In this document: positions 56,997-64,000 of the stretch, one piece after another
How positions within the stretch are numbered: the first letter of the stretch is position 1
Layout of the letters: every line of letters begins with the position of its first letter
Assembly: GCA_015523295.1 (NCBI GenBank)
Contig: WAKQ01000009.1
Span: forward strand, 12,805-76,804
DNA from: Desulfurococcales archaeon
GTDB taxonomy: Archaea > Thermoproteota > Thermoprotei_A > Sulfolobales > NBVN01
DNA: 64,000 bases
Direction of reading: 5' to 3'
Translations under genes and position numbers: made by a program
The notes under the pieces: generated by a model
Database searches by the model: none
What the model was told of the DNA's origin: nothing
Seen by the model: only the letters and a program-made list of their open reading frames with translations

Positions 56997-59900
56997 TTGG
57001 GGCTGCTTAAAAAATCGGTCACATATTTAACTCTTGTGCTGATACTAATGGAACTTCTCGCTGTTTTAATACCCTTCACGCAACAGGCTATAGCAGAGAA
57101 CGTGAGTGTAGTCTCTTACAGTGTGACATCATCCACAGGAGGGAAAGTCTATCCCGGAAGTAAAGGGGCCTCAATAGTTGTACAGCTAAGGAATGACGAA
57201 TCCTCTAACATAAGCGTCGTCCAGGGCTGTTTCTCCTTTAATAATCCGGGCATAAAAATAAGTGGGGGCAGGGGGGCCTGCGTAGATGCAACCACACCAG
57301 ACGGAAAGCATAAGACAGAGTTCACGCCAGGTGAGATCTTCCAGCTATCCACATCGGTCGATGTTGATAAAAATGTGAGCCCTGGAACTTACTGGATGCA
57401 CCTAAACGTGTCCTACACTGTAAACGGAAATAGGGTGTGGAGATACTTTAACCTACGGTTCACTGTATCTCCCTACCCCCCCGTAGAGATCAGTGCGTTA
57501 AGCAGCTGGTGGGGTAGTGAGGAGGTATACCCGGGCACTTCCAGCGCCACCCTCTATATCCGCCTTAGAAACGACGGCTCTACAGATATACGGGGAGGTA
57601 CTGCAGTAATTAGCGTGCCAGAGCCGCTCAAGCCGAGAGAGATACACATAGATCTCCCCTCCATTAACTCAGGCGATGAAGCAACGATTCAAGTTAGCGG
57701 AGTGGATATTCCTATAACAACTGAACCAGGGAATTACACTTTTATAATAAAGTACAATGCCACAGCATCTACAGATGATGGTGTGACCTACCAAGGGGAA
57801 GGAGAGACAAGTACTAATGCCTCCATTAATAGACCTGAAGTCCCGGACGTGAGAGTTATTGATGAAGGATGGGTTGGAGCTGCATACAACGACACGAGGA
57901 ATGCCGCAGTCTATGTAACACTTCAAAACTTAGACCACTCTAGGATAGAGTCAATTGTTGCAGAACTGTACCTCCCGCCTGGTGTAACTACCAGGGAGGG
58001 GGAAACGAGGGTGGTGACATCGGCTACTACACCTGTAGGTTTCGGAGATCTAGTAACCCTAAGGTTTGAAGGCATTAACTTAAGCGCATACGCTGGTAAG
58101 GAAGTTAACTTCACACTGACAGTTAATTTCCTAGCTAACTACAATGGCGCAGAATATTATGTAAGCAGGAACTACACGATCCCGGTAAATATAGTTCACG
58201 AGAGTATACTGGCTGTTAAACAGGTGAGGTGGGTTACTAACGGCAACACAGCAGAGGCACTACCCTCTTCTAAAGGGATTACACTTGAGATAACCCTGAC
58301 CAATTACGGGACCGATACTGTAACAGCGATTATTCCTAAACTCGTAACAGGTCAGGAATTCACAATAAGATCCTTTTCAGGTCAATGCGTTGACGGCATC
58401 GCACCAGGGTCTACGTGTAGGCTGGACTTTACTGTAGATGTGAGTAACAAGGTGTCCCCGGGTCCTTACCCGGCTACCCTTAACTTAGAATATCTCATAA
58501 GAAGTGGGAATGCTCTCCTCCACAACATGAAGAGTACTGAGATCTATCTGGTCGTAGATGATCCTGAAAAATACATTCCTAACTTGGTAATTAGCAGATG
58601 CTGGTGGGGTACCTCAAACCCGTCAACAGCGTATGGTATGGAGCGAATGCTCCCAGCCCATGTGGAGATCGCGAATCTGGGAAGATATCCAGCCAGTTAT
58701 CTCTTCGTAAACATCACACCACTTACTAAAGGTGTTAAGGTAATTGAAGGTAAATCATTATGTGCTAACGAGTTGAGTCCAGGTACTGCCTGCAGGGTAA
58801 CCCCTTACGTGGATCTCGGGAACTTCACTGGAAATGACGTGAGGCTGAGGATATCCATATACTACTATCTTACGCTCTATGGAGCCTATATACCGGTTGT
58901 GAAGAACTTCACAGCAGACCTTGAAGTGGAGAAATACGCCTCACTTAAAGAAGGTCCTCTAACCATTGTAAGTGAGGGCTGGGGGAACGGATATCCTGTA
59001 TATCCAAACACTCAGAACGCGACTTATTCCATAACATTAGCGAATCACTACCCTTACAGCATCTCGTCTATCATGGCATTCCTAGAGCTCCCACGAGGCT
59101 TCAGACTAGTGGGATTACCTTCCTATGCGTATGTTCCAGGCCCTATTGCATCTGAGCAGACTGCATCAATGAGCTTTACGATAAGTGTTGGTGACGTTAA
59201 GCCAGGGGACTATAGGGGTAACCTCACCCTAATGTACGTGGTTAACTCAGGAGGTGCTTCAGTGCTCAACATATATGAGGCCACCGTAATGCTTAAGGTT
59301 GAGGGTTTCGGTCCCGGAATCGAGTACATTTCATCAGGATGGTACGGTAGACCTGCTCAGCCAGGAACTTACGGCAACATGATGTACGTGGTTTTCCGGA
59401 ACGATGTTTTCCCTTCTATGAAGGGAGTCGTTGCTGATGTGAGGCTCCCCCCAGGATTCACTTCCAGTATAAATAACGCCTCAACGGTTAAGGTTCCTGC
59501 GTCGACCTCATTGCCACAGGTTTCATCGATGGGTAATGCAGGCCTTAAGGGGCTGCCGAAAGAGGTAGTAAGCAGTATTATCCAGCAAGCTCAGCCAGTG
59601 CAGACACTTAGTAAGGGCGACCTCATATACTTCCTTATACCTGTGAATGTTCTGAACGTTTCTCCTGGGACTTACCGGGCACTAATGAATATATCATTTC
59701 TCGATCAGTGGGGTAATGTAAGGTGCTTTAGCCTAACAGTACCTCTATCAGTTTTAGGTGCACCCTTCATCATTAAGGTATGGAGTGACGACGTCCTCAG
59801 CTTTAATGACTCGAGGATGGCTGTCATGCATGTGAAGGTGCTTAACGAAGGGTCAGCCCCTGTCTACAATGTCTACATGGCTATATATTCACCTAATCAA

Positions 59901-60593
59901 TACATGATCCTTCTACCTAAAACTAATCCAATGTACCTGGGTGAGCTATACCCTGGGAAAACTAAAGTAGTGAATGTTACAGTGTTCTTTAACCCCATAG
60001 TGAGTCCTCAGATACCCACCCCCATCACATACGGGAATGTCCCATTCATGACAGGGATCATGTATACTGACGTTCTAGGGAATATGCACACAGTTAATGC
60101 CTCTTTCACGGTAAGCATTCAGCCCTTCATAAAGCTCGTCTTGCAGGACGTTAAAGTAAGGAAGGAGGGTAATGAGATCAAAGCTTCAGCAACGGTGACT
60201 AATCTCGGCAACGCACAAGCACAGCGCTTAACAGCAAGGATAGTAATAGGTAATTATTCAGGTCCTGAGGAGTTTATCGGTGACTTAGATCCCTCCTCTC
60301 AGACGTCCTTCTCAGCCTCAGCAACTTATGAGGGATCTGTAAAGGAAGTGAGAATAGTTATAAGTTATAGGAATCCATATAACGAGCTTAGAAACGTGTC
60401 CTTTACAGCCCCTGTCACCGAGGTCAACTTAACCACTACCACCACATCACAGCCTTCACAGAAGATATTGGATATCTATAAAGTGGGGATAGTTCTAGGA
60501 GTGATAGCCTTTCTCTCACTCTCTGCAATAGCCATACATAAGTACCTTAAGAAGCACCCCCTGCCTAGAGGCAGTGAGGAGGAAGAGTTTTAG
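56997..60593 (+). CDS. Large surface protein (1198 aa): signal/anchor, about nine tandem beta-sandwich (CARDB/COG1361 S-layer-domain-like) modules, Thr-rich stalk, C-terminal TM anchor
   Basis: The module pattern recurs about every 120-130 aa (...YPG...a.l.v.l.N.G...). Many N-x-S/T sequons. TTTTTSQPSQ stalk, hydrophobic helix, then KKHPLPRGSEEEEF tail. Confidence 0.7.
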   Translation: MGLLKKSVTYLTLVLILMELLAVLIPFTQQAIAENVSVVSYSVTSSTGGKVYPGSKGASIVVQLRNDESSNISVVQGCFSFNNPGIKISGGRGACVDATTPDGKHKTEFTPGEIFQLSTSVDVDKNVSPGTYWMHLNVSYTVNGNRVWRYFNLRFTVSPYPPVEISALSSWWGSEEVYPGTSSATLYIRLRNDGSTDIRGGTAVISVPEPLKPREIHIDLPSINSGDEATIQVSGVDIPITTEPGNYTFIIKYNATASTDDGVTYQGEGETSTNASINRPEVPDVRVIDEGWVGAAYNDTRNAAVYVTLQNLDHSRIESIVAELYLPPGVTTREGETRVVTSATTPVGFGDLVTLRFEGINLSAYAGKEVNFTLTVNFLANYNGAEYYVSRNYTIPVNIVHESILAVKQVRWVTNGNTAEALPSSKGITLEITLTNYGTDTVTAIIPKLVTGQEFTIRSFSGQCVDGIAPGSTCRLDFTVDVSNKVSPGPYPATLNLEYLIRSGNALLHNMKSTEIYLVVDDPEKYIPNLVISRCWWGTSNPSTAYGMERMLPAHVEIANLGRYPASYLFVNITPLTKGVKVIEGKSLCANELSPGTACRVTPYVDLGNFTGNDVRLRISIYYYLTLYGAYIPVVKNFTADLEVEKYASLKEGPLTIVSEGWGNGYPVYPNTQNATYSITLANHYPYSISSIMAFLELPRGFRLVGLPSYAYVPGPIASEQTASMSFTISVGDVKPGDYRGNLTLMYVVNSGGASVLNIYEATVMLKVEGFGPGIEYISSGWYGRPAQPGTYGNMMYVVFRNDVFPSMKGVVADVRLPPGFTSSINNASTVKVPASTSLPQVSSMGNAGLKGLPKEVVSSIIQQAQPVQTLSKGDLIYFLIPVNVLNVSPGTYRALMNISFLDQWGNVRCFSLTVPLSVLGAPFIIKVWSDDVLSFNDSRMAVMHVKVLNEGSAPVYNVYMAIYSPNQYMILLPKTNPMYLGELYPGKTKVVNVTVFFNPIVSPQIPTPITYGNVPFMTGIMYTDVLGNMHTVNASFTVSIQPFIKLVLQDVKVRKEGNEIKASATVTNLGNAQAQRLTARIVIGNYSGPEEFIGDLDPSSQTSFSASATYEGSVKEVRIVISYRNPYNELRNVSFTAPVTEVNLTTTTTSQPSQKILDIYKVGIVLGVIAFLSLSAIAIHKYLKKHPLPRGSEEEEF

Positions 60594-60599
60594 GGGTGA

Positions 60600-61823
60600 G
60601 GTATTACGGATATAGCGGACATAATAAGATATTCTTTCAAGGCACTGACAGAAAAAAAGGTTAGGGCAGTATTAACCATTATTGGAATAGCTATCGGCCC
60701 CCTTGCTTTGGTGATGATGACTTCAGTCGTGAGAGGGTATGGCAGTTACGTAGAATCCCAGCTTTTAGGATTAGGTCAAAACACGGTCGTAGTAATGGGA
60801 ACGTCCGAATATACGCTGACTCGAAATGACCTTGACTACATCAGGGGACTTCCTGAGGTTGATGTTGCAGAGCCCTTCTACCTCACGCAGGCATACATTC
60901 AGACGAAGGAAGGTAGGAAGCAAGTCTACGTCTACGCCATAGACTACGATATCCTCAATAAGGCCATAGGTAATCTCAAGCTTGAGAAGGGAGAATACCC
61001 TAGCCTTACCGACGTCACCTCCGCAGTTATAGGTCATTTCGTCGCCTTCTCGGAGAGCACTGGCGCTAAGCTATTCGACATCGGCGACGCGATAACTATT
61101 CTAATGCCCCAAGTAAAATCAGGAGGTAAAGTAACCTTCACAAGAGCCACCGTCAGGGTCTCAGGAATCTTCGAAGAATATGGGGGTGCAATGTTCGTGT
61201 CTCCTGACACAGGAATATTCCTTCCTGAGAAGTCAGGCAAGAGCATCCTCCACATGAACTCTTGGTCGGGGATCTTCATCATAGTCAAGGATCCCATGCT
61301 AGTTGATTCGCTGGTCAAGAAGCTGAGGTCCACCTATGCTGGAAAAGTTGACATTATAGCCTTCCAGCAGATAGCGAAGGTGGTCTCATCAATAACTGGT
61401 GCGATAGACTTCATAGCGTTCTCAACGTCGCTCTCCGCTTTCGCCGTAGCGGTAGCAGGTACGGCGGCTACCATGATAACCTCAGTAATTGAAAGAACTA
61501 GAGAGATCGGGGTGTTGAAAGCCCTCGGATTCACTGACAGTCAGGTTATGTGGATGATCATAGCTGAGGCAATTCTGATGAGCTTAATAGGAGGCTTAAT
61601 AGGTGTTACTTTGGGATTGGGGGGTGCTTTCGTTATGGCGTCTAGAGGGCTTTCCATCAGCTCAGGGGTTTCAAAGTTAGTCATTAAGGCCCCTCCAAAG
61701 ATAACGCCTGAGTTGATTTCATATACTATGGGGATAACCATTATTGTCGGTATCATAGGTGGATTAATACCTGCATATAGGGCGGCTAAGATACCTCCTG
61801 CAGTTGCATTAAGATATGAATAA
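60600..61823 (+). CDS. FtsX/MacB-type ABC transporter permease; start codon unresolved
   Basis: The conserved N-terminus and TM1 (ITDIADIIRYSFKALTEKKVRAVLTIIGIAIGPLALV) are encoded at 60603-60713, mostly ahead of the first canonical start (TTG at 60708). The C-terminal FtsX 3-helix domain ends with [13 protein letters not shown]. Confidence 0.8.
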   Translation, partial: GITDIADIIRYSFKALTEKKVRAVLTIIGIAIGPLALVMMTSVVRGYGSYVESQLLGLGQNTVVVMGTSEYTLTRNDLDYIRGLPEVDVAEPFYLTQAYIQTKEGRKQVYVYAIDYDILNKAIGNLKLEKGEYPSLTDVTSAVIGHFVAFSESTGAKLFDIGDAITILMPQVKSGGKVTFTRATVRVSGIFEEYGGAMFVSPDTGIFLPEKSGKSILHMNSWSGIFIIVKDPMLVDSLVKKLRSTYAGKVDIIAFQQIAKVVSSITGAIDFIAFSTSLSAFAVAVAGTAATMITSVIERTREIGVLKALGFTDSQVMWMIIAEAILMSLIGGLIGVTLGLGGAFVMASRGLSISSGVSKLVIKAPPKITPELISYTMGITIIVGIIGGLIPAYRAAKIPPAVALRYE

Positions 61824-62757
61824 GGTGGTGATGATGAAGAGACTGCTTTCCCTTCTTATGGCTGTGTCTATTTTATTGTCCATGTACGTGGGTGTAGTTC
61901 ATGCTTCCTCCGTGAATGAAGGTGAGGTGGCTAGGGAGTTCATGTTAAGAGCACTTCCGCAGCTTAGTAAGTTCTTGGGTAGCGAGCCGAACGTGACAGT
62001 GATTGGCAAGGATCCTATAACCTCTCTTTTAGTAGTTAAGGCCTGGTGGAATGAGAGTGGCCTATATGCCGAAGTGAAGGAAGCGAGAATAGAGGGTGAT
62101 TGGGTGCCCTATGCCCTCTACGTGACCGTTGACAGAAAAACAGCTGGGAATATCTCCGCATTCATTGACGCTCACTCAGAGGAGCTCATTGAAGCACTTA
62201 GGAACTATCACATGAAGCTGGTGGAACTGGCCGAGGAGCAGGGCGTTAAGGTCATTGGCTTCGGCGTTTATATTAATGACACACCTCTAGCCTTCCTACT
62301 ACCAGGCCCTTACCTTCAGCCAGTGAAGATATACTGGGGGGTCAGATTTGAGGGTCCTATTATCGCCCTCGCTTTAAGCAATGATTACGTCCTGATAAAG
62401 CCCTTCCTTAAGTCGAACCTACCGAAGTACGTATTAAGTCCTGGAGACGCCTCTCAGAGGCTCTCCAAGCAGGCGGGGTTAAGGATAAATGAATCAGCCC
62501 TTATGAAGTACTATGTAGTGTTTAACGGTTCTTTAAGACCTGCCTATATAGCCTACATTAACCCTTATGATATAGGAGTAGTTTTAGCTGATGATGGCAG
62601 TGTGAAAGTACCTCAGCAGTATACAAGCGTGTCCAAGGAGGTTACAAGTGAAGGAAACTGGTTTGTAGATAATGCATGGATCATATCGCTGGGTATAGCT
62701 TTATTAGTTTTGATTGTAGGGGTGTTGCTCTGGAGGCTCAGGCTTCGGTCTTTTTAA
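61816..62757 (+). CDS. Hypothetical exported protein with signal peptide and C-terminal TM anchor (ABC operon accessory)
   Basis: [25 protein letters not shown] signal. C-terminal [19 protein letters not shown] helix plus RLRLRSF. The start overlaps the permease stop. Confidence 0.55.
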   Translation: MNKVVMMKRLLSLLMAVSILLSMYVGVVHASSVNEGEVAREFMLRALPQLSKFLGSEPNVTVIGKDPITSLLVVKAWWNESGLYAEVKEARIEGDWVPYALYVTVDRKTAGNISAFIDAHSEELIEALRNYHMKLVELAEEQGVKVIGFGVYINDTPLAFLLPGPYLQPVKIYWGVRFEGPIIALALSNDYVLIKPFLKSNLPKYVLSPGDASQRLSKQAGLRINESALMKYYVVFNGSLRPAYIAYINPYDIGVVLADDGSVKVPQQYTSVSKEVTSEGNWFVDNAWIISLGIALLVLIVGVLLWRLRLRSF

Positions 62758-64000
62758 TGAGGTCTAAAGCTACCTGACTTGGGCTTCTCCTTCTCACTTC
62801 CTTCTCAAGGGCTTTAATAAACTCACTTAACGGAACCGACTTCACTTGCTTGTTCCCTCTACCTCTAACGGTAACTGTCTCCTCATTAGCCTCCTTAGGG
62901 CCGATAAGCACTATATAGGGAACACCCTCCCCATATGCTCTCCTTATCTTCTTCGAGGTTGTTTCCTCGCTTAAATCCAGGTTAACTCTGAAGCCGTGAT
63001 TCTTAAGGACTTCGAATACATGGTATGCGTAGTCAACGGAATCATGCCTTACGGGGATCACAACCACCTGTACAGGGCTTATCCATGTCGGCAGCTTCCC
63101 CTCGAACTCCTCAATAATTATTGCCATAAATCTCTCGACGCTGCCTAGAATAGCTCTATGAATCATGACCGGCCTCTTCCTACTTCCATCATTCTCTACA
63201 TACTCTAATCCGAACCTTTCCGGCAAGGCGAAGTCCACTTGGATCGTGCTGCACTGCCACCATCTTCCCAGAGAATCCCTGAAATGAACATCTATTTTCG
63301 GACCGTAGAACGCGCCTTCACCCTCCCGAACCTGGTAGGGCATTCCCAGCTCCTCGATAGCAGTCTTCAGAGCGTCTGTCGCCTTAGCCCACATTTCCTC
63401 GGTGCCGATGTATTCATCGGGCCTGGTAGAGAGATATATTTTAACGTCCTCCTCCCTGAAACCGAAGATGGAAAGAACGTACAGGATTTCCCTAAGTATG
63501 GCTTTTATCTCGTTCTTCACTTGGTCTTCTCTAAGGAAGGCATGGCCATCATCCTGTGTGAACCCTCTAACCCTTAAAAGACCATATAGTTCCCCCCTCT
63601 TCTCCCACCTATATACGGTTCCGAACTCGGAGAACTTTATAGGGAGGTCCCTGTATGACCTAGTCTTGGATTTGTATATCAGTATATGGCCTGGGCAGTT
63701 CATCGGCTTGATCCCGTATTCCTCACCTTCAATATTAGCCAAAACCATCTTATCGCGGTAGAGGGTGTAATGTCCACTTATTTTCCACAGAGTAGATCTG
63801 AAGACGTGAGGAGTATATACTTCTGAATACCCGAGCCTTTCATTCACCTCCCTTATTAGCTTCATCAGCTCCTCTCTAATGACTTGGCCCTTGGGGTGAT
63901 AAATAACGAGTCCCGGCCCTACCTCTTCATGGAAGCTGAAGAGATCTAGCTTCTGACCTAAAACCCTATGATCCCTTCTCTCAGCCTCCTCCAGCCAATT
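62738..64000 (-). CDS. thrS: Threonyl-tRNA synthetase (catalytic core plus anticodon-binding domain); the N-terminus lies beyond the window
   Basis: The frame is open to base 64000 ([38 protein letters not shown]...). Class II aaRS motifs are present, with an anticodon-binding domain at the C-terminus. Confidence 0.9.
   Translation of the reverse strand, partial: NWLEEAERRDHRVLGQKLDLFSFHEEVGPGLVIYHPKGQVIREELMKLIREVNERLGYSEVYTPHVFRSTLWKISGHYTLYRDKMVLANIEGEEYGIKPMNCPGHILIYKSKTRSYRDLPIKFSEFGTVYRWEKRGELYGLLRVRGFTQDDGHAFLREDQVKNEIKAILREILYVLSIFGFREEDVKIYLSTRPDEYIGTEEMWAKATDALKTAIEELGMPYQVREGEGAFYGPKIDVHFRDSLGRWWQCSTIQVDFALPERFGLEYVENDGSRKRPVMIHRAILGSVERFMAIIIEEFEGKLPTWISPVQVVVIPVRHDSVDYAYHVFEVLKNHGFRVNLDLSEETTSKKIRRAYGEGVPYIVLIGPKEANEETVTVRGRGNKQVKSVPLSEFIKALEKEVRRRSPSQVALDLIKKTEA

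Noticed and set aside
60591-60602. Stop-codon readthrough fusing the 1198-aa surface protein to the in-frame FtsX permease.
   Set aside because: Two stops (TAG and TGA) separated by one codon would both have to be suppressed. The upstream protein already ends with a complete TM anchor and charged tail. Independent initiation is more plausible.
62738-62757. A 20-nt overlap of the convergent 3' ends of the 313-aa gene and thrS.
   Set aside because: Short convergent overlaps are common in compact archaeal genomes, and nothing else is unusual here.
1-64000. CRISPR arrays, tRNA/rRNA genes, IS elements and integrases.
   Set aside because: I saw no regularly spaced direct repeats, no T-loop/acceptor-stem patterns in the few gaps, and no transposase or integrase-like ORFs. 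The only recombinase-like signal is the degenerate domain at 45782-46441.

Overview
This 64-kb window is densely coding (about 60 credible genes on both strands) and looks like a hyperthermophilic crenarchaeal chromosome of the Thermoproteales/Desulfurococcales type. That placement is an inference from gene content: AMP phosphorylase, a four-subunit 2-oxoacid:ferredoxin oxidoreductase, mevalonate kinase, DUF2070, Thr-rich linkers on membrane-anchored binding proteins, AT-rich TATA-like boxes, GGTGA-type ribosome-binding sites and frequent ATGA stop/start overlaps. I saw no rRNA, tRNA, CRISPR array or obvious transposase.

Most of the window is housekeeping or transport:
- M20 deacylase, RidA, a GT2 glycosyltransferase and NAD synthetase.
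- Two ABC exporters, a BMP-type nucleoside ABC importer, a sodium:solute symporter and a CDF transporter.
- HD and DHH phosphohydrolases and ThrRS.

The parts most worth a second look:
1. A minus-strand cluster at 38.3-44.8 kb encodes an FdrA / DUF1116 / DUF2877 triad, the same trio as E. coli AllFGH oxamic transcarbamylase. Here it is wired to a cyclase-family amidase, a CodA-like amidohydrolase and a detached 61-aa ORF. It sits beside an NCS2 nucleobase permease and a three-subunit molybdenum hydroxylase. I read this as a candidate undescribed archaeal N-heterocycle/ureide catabolic island.
2. A MacB/FtsX-type ABC operon at 56.2-62.8 kb carries a 1198-aa surface protein of about nine domains and a second anchored exoprotein.
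3. A candidate structured RNA of about 216 nt lies in the longest non-coding gap (37225-37440).
4. Two genes flanking or inside the ABC operon have conserved N-terminal motifs upstream of any canonical start codon.

All functional calls come from motif recognition in the supplied translations. No database search was possible.
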